Origin: Calditrichota bacterium
GTDB taxonomy: Bacteria > Electryoneota > RPQS01
DNA length: 64,000 nt
Direction: 5' to 3'
Assembly (NCBI GenBank): GCA_020637395.1
Contig: JACJWA010000001.1
Span: 979,639 to 1,043,638, forward strand
Part shown: positions 44,945-54,647 of the stretch, piece after piece
How positions within the stretch are numbered: position 1 is the first letter of the stretch
Layout of the letters: each line of letters starts with the position of its first letter
Translations under genes and position numbers: made by a program
The notes under the pieces: model-generated
What the model was told of the DNA's origin: nothing
Seen by the model: the letters and a program-made list of their open reading frames with translations, nothing else
Database searches by the model: none

Positions 44945-45460
44945 ATGAAGAAGAGCTTGATTCTGCTCTCGGCAATTTGCTTTGTTGTCATCCCGGCCTT
45001 GGCGAAGGAGATGAAGATCGGCTACATTGACTCGGAAGCAATCCTCTCGCAGTTTTCAGATTTCCAGGAAGCTCAGCGCAAACTTCAAGAAGAAGAACAA
45101 AAATACATGGCCGAAGCCCAGTCCAAAGAGACGGTCCTCCAGACCATGATTGAAGAGATTCAGCAGCAGAGCTTGATGCTGTCCGCTGAAGCGCGGGCGG
45201 AACGGGAGCAGAAGGTGATTGAGAAGCGACGCGAGCTGGAGCAGTTTCGCGTTGACACCTGGGGCGAGGGCGGCAAGCTCTATACCCGTAATCTCGAGCT
45301 ATCGCGTCCGATTCTGGAAAGAGTGAATCAGGTGATCGAGAAGATCAGCCAGCAAGACGGTTACGACATGGTCTTCGACGCCGCCGGCGGAAACATCGTT
45401 TTCGCGCTTCCGCAGCATGATATTACCGAACTTGTTCTCGCGGAACTCAAGAAGGAGTAG
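44945..45460 (+). CDS. skp: OmpH/Skp-family periplasmic chaperone
   Basis: Signal peptide MKKSLILLSAICFVVIPALA, KIGYIDSEAIL, and a long coiled region rich in Q/E/K. It sits between bamA and lpxD. Confidence 0.8.
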   Translation: MKKSLILLSAICFVVIPALAKEMKIGYIDSEAILSQFSDFQEAQRKLQEEEQKYMAEAQSKETVLQTMIEEIQQQSLMLSAEARAEREQKVIEKRRELEQFRVDTWGEGGKLYTRNLELSRPILERVNQVIEKISQQDGYDMVFDAAGGNIVFALPQHDITELVLAELKKE

Positions 45461-45462
45461 AG

Positions 45463-46509
45463 GTGCCCACGATCACAGCGGCGCAGCTCGCGGAACTCCT
45501 TGGCGGAACCCTTCACGGGAAGGCGGAGCGACTGCTCTCCGCCGTTTCGACGCTCGAGTCAGCGTCGCCGGAGTGCGTGACGTTTCTGGCCAATGCGCGT
45601 TATGCCGCGTTGCTTGACGTTACGCAGGCCGGAGTCGTGTTAGTGGCCGGTGGTACACGTCGGGAAAAGGGTGACGTGATCGAAGTCGCGGACCCATATT
45701 CCGCGTTTGTCCGTGTCCTGGAGTACTTTCACCCCGCCAAAGAGTTCGTCGCAGGAATTCATGAGACGGCTTCGATTTCTGCTGATGCCCACCTCGGTGC
45801 GAACATCACCGTTGGACCTCAGTGTGTAGTTGAGGCGGGAGCTCAGATTGGAGATAACTCTGTCCTCGAGGCGAGTGTTTTCGTCGGTAGAGATTCCACG
45901 ATTGGCAAGAATTGCCGAATCTATCCCAATTCTGTGATTCGACACGATTCTCAGCTCGGTGATCGCGTGATTCTGCACTCCGGCGTGGTGATCGGAGCGG
46001 ACGGTTTTGGATTCGCGTTCGAGAAGACTGCTTACCGCAAGATACCCCAAGTTGGTATTGTCGTGATCGAAGACGACGTTGAAATCGGAGCCAACACCAC
46101 AGTGGATCGCGCCACTATAGGAGAGACGCGAATCGGGCAGGGTACAAAAATTGACAACCTTGTTCAGATCGCGCACAATGTTCGACTGGGCAAGCACTGT
46201 GTTGTAGCGGCGCAAGCCGGAATCTCAGGTTCGACGGTGTTTGGTGACTATTGCCGGGTTGGAGGGCAGGCAGGATTTGTCGGTCATATAAAGATCGGCG
46301 ATGGCGCGGCCTTCGGTGCTCAAAGCGGCATATCACGCGATGTTGAAAGCGGCGAGGTTCTTTCCGGAAGTCCGGGGCGACCACACGGGATCTGGAAACG
46401 CATAGAGGCCGCGCTTCCGCGATTGCCTGAGTTGCTAAGAAGAGTCAAGCGGTTGGAAGACCGTTTGGATATTGATGTCCCCAATAAGGAAAGTGACCGT
46501 GCCCGATAA
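45463..46509 (+). CDS. lpxD: UDP-3-O-acylglucosamine N-acyltransferase
   Basis: Hexapeptide (LbH) repeats and the GFGF motif (GADGFGFAF). It has the N-terminal LpxD domain. Confidence 0.93.
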   Translation: MPTITAAQLAELLGGTLHGKAERLLSAVSTLESASPECVTFLANARYAALLDVTQAGVVLVAGGTRREKGDVIEVADPYSAFVRVLEYFHPAKEFVAGIHETASISADAHLGANITVGPQCVVEAGAQIGDNSVLEASVFVGRDSTIGKNCRIYPNSVIRHDSQLGDRVILHSGVVIGADGFGFAFEKTAYRKIPQVGIVVIEDDVEIGANTTVDRATIGETRIGQGTKIDNLVQIAHNVRLGKHCVVAAQAGISGSTVFGDYCRVGGQAGFVGHIKIGDGAAFGAQSGISRDVESGEVLSGSPGRPHGIWKRIEAALPRLPELLRRVKRLEDRLDIDVPNKESDRAR

Positions 46510-47893
46510 GCAAAGAACTATTGCAAACGAGATCGCCATATCCGGCATCGGTCTGCACACCGGCAAACCGGTCAGCATGACTTTTAAGCCCGCGACCGCA
46601 GGCCATGGCATTGCCTTTCACCGCACCGACCTTCCCGGGTCGCCGCCGATTCCGGCGCTGGTGGACTATGTCGTCGATATTGCGCGCGGAACTGTGCTCG
46701 GTGTGGATTCGATTCGCATCCATACCGTTGAGCATGTTCTGGCCGCCGCAGCCGGACTGCGCATTGACAACTTGCTGATTGAATTGACTGACGAGGAACC
46801 CCCGGCGTCGGACGGAAGTTCCTATCCGTTTATCGAAGCTTTGCAGAAAGCGGAGATTGTTGAACAGGACGCGGAACGCGAGTATCTCGACCTTGAGAAG
46901 ACTATTGCCTACCACGATGATAAGCATGCCATTGACATCGTGATCGTGCCTTCTTCGGAATTCCGCGTGACGTACATGATTGACTATCCCGGCACAAAAC
47001 TTGGCACGCAGTACACGTCCATGTACTCGATCTCTGAGTTTGTGGAAGAGTTTTCGAGGTCGCGTACATTCTGCCTGCTGTCCGAAATGCGAATGCTCAA
47101 GGATCGCGGACTGATCAAGGGCGGGTCGCTTGAAAATGCCGTGGTATTCGTGGATCAGGATCTTGAGGAAAACGAGTACGAGAACTTGAAATCAGCATTC
47201 GGGTATCACGGAGAACTAACTCACAACGGCGCAATTCTTGGCGGAGTTGAGTTGCGTTATCCCAACGAAGCAGTTCGGCACAAGACCCTGGATCTTGTTG
47301 GCGATCTGGCGTTGGTTGGCGTGCCTGTGCGCGGACACGTGCTTGCGGCGCGCGCGGGGCATGCGTCCCACGTTGAAGTTGCCAAGATGCTGAGACGCTT
47401 GCTTGAAGCACAGAGAGTGGCGCGCAGGTACGGTGGAAAGGGCGGAAGAGGCTACGTCTTTGATTCAGAGGCCATTGAACGGTTGCTGCCGCATCGCTAT
47501 CCGATTCTGCTTGTGGATCGAATTCTTGAGCTGGTGCCTTCTGAGCGCGTCGTCGGACTCAAAAACGTCACAAGAAACGAACCGTTCTTCAATGGTCATT
47601 TCCCGGGAAGACCTGTGATGCCCGGAGTGCTGATCGTTGAGGCCATGGGCCAGACCGGCGGGGTCCTGCTGCTCAACTCCGTTGAAAATCCAGAGACCAA
47701 GTTGGTCTATTTTACCGGCCTGGACAATGTGAAATTCAGAAAGACGGTTACGCCGGGTGATCAAGTCAGATTCACTGTCGAGATGGTTCTGTTCAGAAGA
47801 GGAATCTGCAAGATGAAGGGCACTGCCCACGTGGACAACACCCTGGTCGCCGAAGCCGATTTGACCGCAGCGGTCGTAGACCGAGAAAGTTGA
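46472..47893 (+). CDS. lpxC/fabZ: Bifunctional UDP-3-O-acyl-GlcNAc deacetylase / 3-hydroxyacyl-ACP dehydratase (LpxC-FabZ fusion)
   Basis: The LpxC part has GIGLHTG, HTVEHVLAA, HKTLDLVGDL and GHASH. The FabZ part has LPHRYPILLVDRI, FFNGHFPGRPVMPGVL.VEAMGQ. GTG 46499 is an alternative start. Confidence 0.93.
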   Translation: MMSPIRKVTVPDKQRTIANEIAISGIGLHTGKPVSMTFKPATAGHGIAFHRTDLPGSPPIPALVDYVVDIARGTVLGVDSIRIHTVEHVLAAAAGLRIDNLLIELTDEEPPASDGSSYPFIEALQKAEIVEQDAEREYLDLEKTIAYHDDKHAIDIVIVPSSEFRVTYMIDYPGTKLGTQYTSMYSISEFVEEFSRSRTFCLLSEMRMLKDRGLIKGGSLENAVVFVDQDLEENEYENLKSAFGYHGELTHNGAILGGVELRYPNEAVRHKTLDLVGDLALVGVPVRGHVLAARAGHASHVEVAKMLRRLLEAQRVARRYGGKGGRGYVFDSEAIERLLPHRYPILLVDRILELVPSERVVGLKNVTRNEPFFNGHFPGRPVMPGVLIVEAMGQTGGVLLLNSVENPETKLVYFTGLDNVKFRKTVTPGDQVRFTVEMVLFRRGICKMKGTAHVDNTLVAEADLTAAVVDRES

Positions 47894-47899
47894 ACGAAT

Positions 47900-48706
47900 A
47901 TGTCGAAGATTCATCCCCTTGCCGCTGTTTCAGAACACGCGAGAATCGCTGATGACGTGGTCATTGATGCGTTTGCCGTTGTGGACGATGACGTTGAAAT
48001 TGGCGAAGGCTCCTGGATTGGCAGCTCGTCCCGGCTTTTCAGCGGCGTGAGAGTTGGCAAGAGAGTGAAGGTCTCGCCGATGGTTTCACTTGGCGGCGAG
48101 CCGCAGGACAAAAAATTCGGCGGCGAGAAGTCGAATGTCTTCATCGGAGATGATACAGTCCTGCGCGAGTTTGTTACCGTGAACCGCGGAACTGCTGCGA
48201 CAGGTCGTACCACAATTGGAGCAAATTGCCTTGTGATGTCTTACGCACATGTTGCTCACGACTGCGCGATTGGGGATCAGGTGATTTTGGCAAACGGCGT
48301 GCAGCTTGCCGGTCACGTGACCGTCGGAGATTGGGCGATTCTGGGCGGTCTGGTGCCGGTGCATCAGTTCGTTCACATCGGACGGCATTGCATGATTGGC
48401 GGAGGTTTTCGCGTGCCGAAGGACGTCCCCCCTTATGTGCTGGCCGCCGGAAGTCCGCTTTCTTTCATGGGATTGAATGTTGTGGGACTGCGCAGACGAG
48501 GATTTAAGCCAGAGCATATTGCCGCACTGCGTGAGACTTTTTATGTTTTGTTCCGTTCAGGCCTGAACACCAGCCAGGCAGTGGATCGTATACAGAAGAT
48601 TGGCGACAGTTTTGGCTATGCGGACGAAATTGTCAACTTCATCAAGGCTTCGAAACGCGGGTTGATGCCCGGACGCGCCAAAGCAACTCAAGAGGAGTTT
48701 GCGTGA
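47900..48706 (+). CDS. lpxA: Acyl-ACP--UDP-N-acetylglucosamine O-acyltransferase
   Basis: MSKIHPLA start, hexapeptide repeats, YAHVAHDC, and a C-terminal helical domain. Confidence 0.93.
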   Translation: MSKIHPLAAVSEHARIADDVVIDAFAVVDDDVEIGEGSWIGSSSRLFSGVRVGKRVKVSPMVSLGGEPQDKKFGGEKSNVFIGDDTVLREFVTVNRGTAATGRTTIGANCLVMSYAHVAHDCAIGDQVILANGVQLAGHVTVGDWAILGGLVPVHQFVHIGRHCMIGGGFRVPKDVPPYVLAAGSPLSFMGLNVVGLRRRGFKPEHIAALRETFYVLFRSGLNTSQAVDRIQKIGDSFGYADEIVNFIKASKRGLMPGRAKATQEEFA

Positions 48707-49452
48707 GTCTGTTGATTCGTCAAGACCTAAAGCATGACGGCGAGTTCCTCATGGCACGTGACGGCGCAGACCTTTTGGCGGCCGCAAGTGGAGAATGGGG
48801 TCCGTGTTTGACGCTTTACGAGTGGGACGTTCCGACGTTGTCCGTCGGGTTTCATCAGAGTACAGAAAAGCTTGACACGGAGAGAATGAAGAACTCCGGA
48901 GTGCCCCTGGTCAGGCGACCCACCGGCGGTGCGGCAGTTCTGCACAGTGAAGAACTAACGTACTCCATCGTGATTCCAGATGCGCCGGATCTGCGCGCGG
49001 GAAGTCTGCTGCTCGAATACGTTGGCCGTTCCATCTGCGAGGCGCTGAACATGATCGGTGTCGCCGCAGAACTTGACGAGCGCGGAGAAGCACTTGCTCC
49101 GTTGGCGAATCGCACCTCGTGTTTCGTCCGCACATCGCGCTGGGAAGTGGCGGTACGCGGCAAGAAGATTGTAGGCAGCGCGCAACGGCGGCAAGGGAGC
49201 GCGCTGCTTCAACATGGTTCCATACTTCTGGGTGATGATCATCTGCGCATCACAGACTTCTTGGCCGTGCGAAGTGAGTCCGAACGAGACATGCTGCGGC
49301 GCCGACTTGAGATGAAGTCTACATCAGTTTCTCGGGAGATCGGAGAAGCTGATTCTCGCCAATGCCTCAGATCGGGGCTTGCAGAGATGTTTGGCAAACA
49401 TTTTTCGAGCTTTGCCAAGTCGCTATGCGCAAAGAGTGAATTGAACGCGTGA
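48703..49452 (+). CDS. Lipoate-protein ligase / octanoyltransferase family protein (BPL_LplA_LipB domain)
   Basis: Motifs RRPTGGAAVLH and GKKIVGSAQRR (catalytic-Lys context). It is a single-domain protein of 249 aa. Confidence 0.75.
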   Translation: MSLLIRQDLKHDGEFLMARDGADLLAAASGEWGPCLTLYEWDVPTLSVGFHQSTEKLDTERMKNSGVPLVRRPTGGAAVLHSEELTYSIVIPDAPDLRAGSLLLEYVGRSICEALNMIGVAAELDERGEALAPLANRTSCFVRTSRWEVAVRGKKIVGSAQRRQGSALLQHGSILLGDDHLRITDFLAVRSESERDMLRRRLEMKSTSVSREIGEADSRQCLRSGLAEMFGKHFSSFAKSLCAKSELNA

Positions 49453-50633
49453 AGCGAATTCTTCTTCAGGGGGCCACTGGCTCAATTGGAGCTTCTACCT
49501 TGTCTGTTGCACAAGAACAGGCGAACAAGCTTCGAATTGCAGGACTTTCGTCGGCGAGCAGGGAAGAGGAACTGTTGTCTTTGTCGGAAAAGTTCCGACC
49601 TGAGAGTATCGCGCTTGCCGCTCCGCTTGATCCTGTGCGGTTCGAGAAGCGCGCAGCCTCCTTGGGAGTTCGTGACGTATTCACTGGTGTTGGCGCGCTT
49701 GCGAAGCAGGCAGATACGATGGACTATGACGTCTTGGTCAACGCGGTCTCAGGATCGGCGGGAATTCTTCCAACGCTTGCTGCGCTCAAGCGCGGCAAAA
49801 CCGTCGCTCTTGCCAACAAAGAAACACTTGTTGCGGCAGGTGATCTTGTGCTGCGAGTTTCCCGGGAGAATCGGGGGACCATCATCCCGGTTGACTCCGA
49901 GCATAGTGCTCTGTTTCAATGCCTCGTCGGCGAAAAGCTTGAAGACATCCGAACGCTCTGGCTCACCGCTTCCGGAGGCCCGTTTTGGGGACGCACGCGC
50001 GAGGAGCTTGAGCACGTGACCGTTAGTGAGGCTCTGTCACACCCGACTTGGGCTATGGGACCCAAGAACACTGTGGATTCAGCAACCCTGTTCAATAAAG
50101 GGCTTGAGGTGATGGAAGCCGTGCAATTGTTCGGCGTCCCACTTTCGGCAATCAAGGTTGTTCGGCACCGTCAATCTGTGATCCACTCTATGGTGGAGTT
50201 TCACGATGGCAGTTTCAAGGCACAATTGTCCAGGCCCGACATGCGGCTGCCGATTCTGTACGCCCTGAGCTATCCGGAGCGATGGGAAAGTTCGCTTGTG
50301 GAAACCAGTTGTTCGGTGCTTGAATCCCTTCACTTCGACGGAGTGAACCCGCAGGAGTTCCCCTGCTTGGAACACGCGCTGAATGCGATCAGGATTGGCG
50401 GAGCCGCGCCGACCATCGTATCTGCGGCGGACGAGATTGCCGTCAAAGCATTCGTTGAGGGCAAGATCGGATTCACTGAGATTGAGAAGGTGTTGAAACA
50501 CGCATTGAGCAATGTGAACCCGGCCACGGACGGCTCACTTGCTGCGACGCTTGCTGCCGACGAAGCCGCGCGCGCAGCAGCACACGAGGCCGTGAAAGAG
50601 ATTACCGCAGGAATTCCGGTAGGGACATGCTAA
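49449..50633 (+). CDS. dxr: 1-deoxy-D-xylulose-5-phosphate reductoisomerase
   Basis: Motifs LLQGATGSIG, LANKE.LV, PVDSEHSA.FQ, LTASGGPF and HPTW.MG.K..VDSATL.NKG.E. Confidence 0.95.
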   Translation: MKRILLQGATGSIGASTLSVAQEQANKLRIAGLSSASREEELLSLSEKFRPESIALAAPLDPVRFEKRAASLGVRDVFTGVGALAKQADTMDYDVLVNAVSGSAGILPTLAALKRGKTVALANKETLVAAGDLVLRVSRENRGTIIPVDSEHSALFQCLVGEKLEDIRTLWLTASGGPFWGRTREELEHVTVSEALSHPTWAMGPKNTVDSATLFNKGLEVMEAVQLFGVPLSAIKVVRHRQSVIHSMVEFHDGSFKAQLSRPDMRLPILYALSYPERWESSLVETSCSVLESLHFDGVNPQEFPCLEHALNAIRIGGAAPTIVSAADEIAVKAFVEGKIGFTEIEKVLKHALSNVNPATDGSLAATLAADEAARAAAHEAVKEITAGIPVGTC

Positions 50634-51679
50634 TTACGATTTTGTCATTTGCTCTCGTGGCGGGAATCATTATCACGATTCACGAATTCGGGCACTTCAT
50701 CGCCGCACGACTCACCGGAATGCGTGTGAAGAAGTTCTCAATTGGATTTCCCCCGAGGCTGTTCACGCGCAAGTATGGAGACACGGAATTCTCCGTGTCG
50801 TGGATTCCTCTTGGCGGTTTTGTGCAGATTGCGGGAATGGTGGATGAGTCGCTGGACGGTGAAGGCATCACTGGTGCGCCGGATGAATTCATGTCCAAGA
50901 ATGCGGCGCAGAAGATCTTTGTACTCTCTGCGGGCGTCATCATGAACTATGTCACTGCCATTCTGATCCTTTTTGGATTGACTCTGGCTGTGGGAATTCC
51001 TGAGGTTGAATCGCCGCTGATTGGTGAGGCCGTAGAAGGTAGACCTGCGGCCACCTCAGGTCTTGCCGCGGGAGACAGAATCATTGAGATTGATGGCCGC
51101 AGCATTTCCACATGGCAAGATGTGGTTGAAACGATCACCGCAGCAGGTGACACCGTGCACTTGGTGGCCGAAAGAGATGGCAAAAGTCGGCCCTTTGCTA
51201 TCCCGACGGAATCTGTACCGGCTGGTGACTCCACAAGAAGAGTCATTGGAATATCGCCGCAAGTAGAGTTTCGCGCGGCGGGTCTGGGTGAGGCGGGAAG
51301 CTCTGCCGTGATCTTCTGCTGGAACACGACCAAGAATCTCGGACAGTTTGTGGGTGATCTGGTCACTGGAACGGGAAGCCTGTCGCAATTGTCCGGCCCT
51401 GTGGGTGTCGCGCAGCTCTCTGGAAGGAGCGCACGACAAGGTGCAGGTGAATTTCTGTTCTTCATCGCATTCGTAAGCGTCTCAATTGGGTTCCTGAATA
51501 TCCTGCCATTTCCGGTGCTTGACGGCGGACACATCGTGATCGTCTTGATAGAGGCGTTGATTCGCAGACCCATCCCGTCACGCGCGAAAATCGTGATTCA
51601 GCAGGCCGGGATGATCGCGCTTCTGATGCTCTTTGTGGTCGTTTCCTATCATGACATCGTGCGTTTGATCGGCGGATGA
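50627..51679 (+). CDS. rseP: RIP (site-2) zinc metalloprotease
   Basis: HEFGH at the N-terminus, a PDZ domain (GDRIIEIDG), and NILPFPVLDGGH near the C-terminus. Confidence 0.9.
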   Translation: MLITILSFALVAGIIITIHEFGHFIAARLTGMRVKKFSIGFPPRLFTRKYGDTEFSVSWIPLGGFVQIAGMVDESLDGEGITGAPDEFMSKNAAQKIFVLSAGVIMNYVTAILILFGLTLAVGIPEVESPLIGEAVEGRPAATSGLAAGDRIIEIDGRSISTWQDVVETITAAGDTVHLVAERDGKSRPFAIPTESVPAGDSTRRVIGISPQVEFRAAGLGEAGSSAVIFCWNTTKNLGQFVGDLVTGTGSLSQLSGPVGVAQLSGRSARQGAGEFLFFIAFVSVSIGFLNILPFPVLDGGHIVIVLIEALIRRPIPSRAKIVIQQAGMIALLMLFVVVSYHDIVRLIGG

Positions 51680-53049
51680 CGGTGACCATTCTTCGCAGCG
51701 TGATGGTGGTTGTCCTGTTCCTTGGCGGGGTCTGCGGCAAGTCTATTGCCCAGCAGGATATCTCTTCGCCCGCACTGGAACAGTTCATTCGCGGCACAAC
51801 CGCATCTGAACAAGGGAACGCGTACGAAGCTTGCTTCTACTTTGAAGAAGCAATCCGACTCGACAAGCAGGCCCCTTTCCTGTACGTTGCTCTTGCAGAG
51901 CAATACGTCGTGCTTGCCCAGCAGTCTCAGTTTGAAGATACGTATGACCGCGCCTTCAAGAGTCTTGATCAGGCTCTCGAGTTGGATCCGGATTACCTTC
52001 CAGCGCTTGAGCTTAAAGGCAGAATCCTTGCGCTTCGCGGAAAAGTGGAGGAGGCGAGAGGCGTTGCGGAAGGTCTTGTGAGTCGAGACCCCGCAAACAG
52101 AGAGTACAAGTTCGATCTGCTCACTCTGTCGCTGAGTACAGGCGAGTTTGATCGAGCAGATGAAATGTATGCGCAACTATCGCCCGACTCCGCGCCGATC
52201 TTTGATCTGACAAGACAAGTTGTGGCGATCTATCTGATGAGCGGGGAGAACTCGCGTGCGCTTCCATACGTGGAAACACTTGCCACCGAGGACTCAAGCG
52301 ACGCCGCAGTGGTCTATACGCTCAGCACATTGTACTTACAGACAGGCGACACCGCGCGAGCCATCGAAGAAGTGGATCGAGCCCTTGACATTGACTCGAC
52401 GCAGTCAAGGGCGTGGTACTTGAAGGCGGTCATAGAATTTGACAGAGAACGTTATCCCGAGGTGCTTGCGCTTGCGGAAACAGCGAGAGTCGTTTCGCAG
52501 GAGGATGCGCGAACCGCGAACCTCGAAGGACTATCGAACATCAAGCTCGGCGACACTACGGCGGCCATAGAAAGATTCTTGCGCGCTGTCGAGATTGACT
52601 CCACCCTCTTTCCGTCCGCCGGAAGTCTGGGAATGCTCTATGATGCGCGCGACTCCCTGGAGCTTTCCGTCCACTATTACGAGCAGGCTATTGAACTCTC
52701 TGATAGTGCTGCGGTCTATCTGAACAATCTGGCGTACGCTTATGCTGTGCGCGGCATTGAACTGGGGAAAGCACTTAAACTTGTCGAAGGGGCGCTTGCT
52801 CGCGAACCGGAAAACGCCTCGTATCTGGACACAAAGGGCTGGATTCTGCATAAGGAAGGGGCGTATGACGAAGCGCTCGTATGGCTGCGCAAAGCACACA
52901 AGAAAGACCGTGAAAGTGCGCCCATTCTCGAGCATATCGGAGACGTCTATGATGCAATGGGTCGCACAAGTCAGGCCAGAAAGTACTGGAAGCAAGCACA
53001 GGAAGTGGATCCCGGACTCACATCGCTGCAGGAGAAACTTGGTCAATAA
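51676..53049 (+). CDS. Secreted TPR-repeat protein
   Basis: It has a signal/anchor sequence and many TPR units (e.g. AVYLNNLAYAYAVRG...ALKLVEGALAREPENASYLDTKGWIL). Confidence 0.6.
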   Translation: MTVTILRSVMVVVLFLGGVCGKSIAQQDISSPALEQFIRGTTASEQGNAYEACFYFEEAIRLDKQAPFLYVALAEQYVVLAQQSQFEDTYDRAFKSLDQALELDPDYLPALELKGRILALRGKVEEARGVAEGLVSRDPANREYKFDLLTLSLSTGEFDRADEMYAQLSPDSAPIFDLTRQVVAIYLMSGENSRALPYVETLATEDSSDAAVVYTLSTLYLQTGDTARAIEEVDRALDIDSTQSRAWYLKAVIEFDRERYPEVLALAETARVVSQEDARTANLEGLSNIKLGDTTAAIERFLRAVEIDSTLFPSAGSLGMLYDARDSLELSVHYYEQAIELSDSAAVYLNNLAYAYAVRGIELGKALKLVEGALAREPENASYLDTKGWILHKEGAYDEALVWLRKAHKKDRESAPILEHIGDVYDAMGRTSQARKYWKQAQEVDPGLTSLQEKLGQ

Positions 53050-53668
53050 GCTGACTCTGCTTGCCCTTGTGGCAATTGCGTCGGTTTCCTGTTCACATGT
53101 TTCGCCGCTGGCTCGCTTCAGCGCGCTGGAGGAGTTGAATAGTATCCCATTCTGCGTGGACTCTCTTGTTGCGGAGCCTGACCAAGTGGAGGCTGCGATC
53201 AATCTTCGAGCTCCCGGACTGAAGGGCCGAGCGGACGGCATTATCCGACATGCCGGGAACGGCAAGTATCTTGTCGAGCTCTATGGCCGCAACGAGCTCT
53301 TTCTGAAAGTCTACTTCCTTGACCGGCAGACTCTGATTTGGCCCGCGGCGGGAATGCCGAAGGTGTTCGCACGTGAGGATGCGCCTACATTGGATGCAGT
53401 GGTTCATTCCCGACTGCCAAAGTGGAGACTTGAAGACGTGCTTCCCGTTCCAGTTTCCGGAACGAATGCAGGTGAAGAGTCTTGGAGATCCTCGGGTTCA
53501 ACGTCCGATGCTACAGAGCGGATACTGCGCGAAAAATGCGACCCGCTGTTCAAACGATTCAAACGTTCGGGCGGAACGCCCGGATTTCCCTATAGAACCG
53601 TGGAGCTTTGTTCCGAAGCCGGATACTCCAAGGTCGTGTGGAAACTCCGCCCAATGAAAAGCAACTAA
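53039..53668 (+). CDS. Putative lipoprotein (LolB-like/DUF4292-like size and position)
   Basis: TTG 53039 gives LVNKLTLLALVAIASVSC (lipobox-like). The track's longer ORF (from 52742) overlaps the TPR gene in another frame. Confidence 0.45.
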   Translation: MVNKLTLLALVAIASVSCSHVSPLARFSALEELNSIPFCVDSLVAEPDQVEAAINLRAPGLKGRADGIIRHAGNGKYLVELYGRNELFLKVYFLDRQTLIWPAAGMPKVFAREDAPTLDAVVHSRLPKWRLEDVLPVPVSGTNAGEESWRSSGSTSDATERILREKCDPLFKRFKRSGGTPGFPYRTVELCSEAGYSKVVWKLRPMKSN

Positions 53669-53680
53669 ATACGGATTCCC

Positions 53681-54634
53681 ATGAGTACGCCGCACATCAG
53701 CGTCGTGATCGCGCTATTCAATGAAGTTGAGTCTCTGCCTGAACTGCATCGCCAGTTGACAGAGACGCTTGGGCAGCTTGGCCGTCCCTACGAACTTCTG
53801 TTTATTGACGATGGAAGCCGAGACGGCTCTCTCGAACTCCTTAATAACTTGTCCGGCGCAGACGAACATGTCCGCGTGATTTCTTTGAGACGCAATCAAG
53901 GGAAATCCGCCGCTTTGGCTGTTGGATTTGAGGCGGCCTCGGGTGATTTTGTGATCACCATGGATGCAGATTTGCAGGACAATCCCGCGGAGATTCCGGC
54001 CCTGCTTGCAAAGCTTGACGAAGGATATGACTTGGTGTCCGGATGGAAGAGGAAGCGCTACGATCCGATCAGCAAGACCGTGCCGTCCAAGTTTTTCAAT
54101 ATGGTCACAAGCTGGGTCTCGGGAATTCGCCTGCACGACTTCAATTGCGGACTGAAGGCCTATCGGCAAGCGGTCGTGAAAGACTTGTTTGTCTATGGGG
54201 AGTTGCACAGATTTCTTCCTGTACTCGCACACAAGATGGGGTATCGTTGCACAGAGATTCCGGTTGTGCACCGTGCTCGGCAGTTCGGCAAGTCAAAGTT
54301 CGGGATGAGCAGATTCCTGAACGGCTTCCTGGACCTGCTCACCGTCGTGTTCCTGTCGGGGTACAATCGTGCTCCGCTGCACTTCTTCGGGTCGCTGGGA
54401 CTCGTGTTTGGCTTGATCGGACTCGGCATCAACGGTTATCTCACTATTCAGAAGTTCATGGGACAAGCAATCGGCAATCGTCCTTTGCTCTTCCTTGGTG
54501 TTCTCCTGATGGTGATCGGAGTGCAGTTCTTCTCATTTGGATTGATTGGCGAAATGCTGACGCACTCGACGGAAAGGCAACGCACCTACCCTGTCAAGTT
54601 CGACAGCGCCGAAGCGAAGCGCGACGCCGGCTAA
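53681..54634 (+). CDS. Family 2 glycosyltransferase, polyprenol-phosphate glycosyltransferase type (GtrB/ArnC/DPM1-like)
   Basis: Motifs ISVVIALFNE, FIDDGSRDGS and TMDADLQD (DxD), plus two C-terminal TM helices. Confidence 0.85.
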   Translation: MSTPHISVVIALFNEVESLPELHRQLTETLGQLGRPYELLFIDDGSRDGSLELLNNLSGADEHVRVISLRRNQGKSAALAVGFEAASGDFVITMDADLQDNPAEIPALLAKLDEGYDLVSGWKRKRYDPISKTVPSKFFNMVTSWVSGIRLHDFNCGLKAYRQAVVKDLFVYGELHRFLPVLAHKMGYRCTEIPVVHRARQFGKSKFGMSRFLNGFLDLLTVVFLSGYNRAPLHFFGSLGLVFGLIGLGINGYLTIQKFMGQAIGNRPLLFLGVLLMVIGVQFFSFGLIGEMLTHSTERQRTYPVKFDSAEAKRDAG

Positions 54635-54647
54635 TCTCTTTCTTTCC

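Noticed and set aside
52742-53038. The ORF-track 308-aa version of the lipoprotein gene, and the similar 16248 start for holA and 30023 start for glmU-N.
   Set aside because: The upstream parts overlap well-supported genes in another frame and encode non-conserved sequence. Signal-peptide or family homology begins at the shorter starts given in the feature list.
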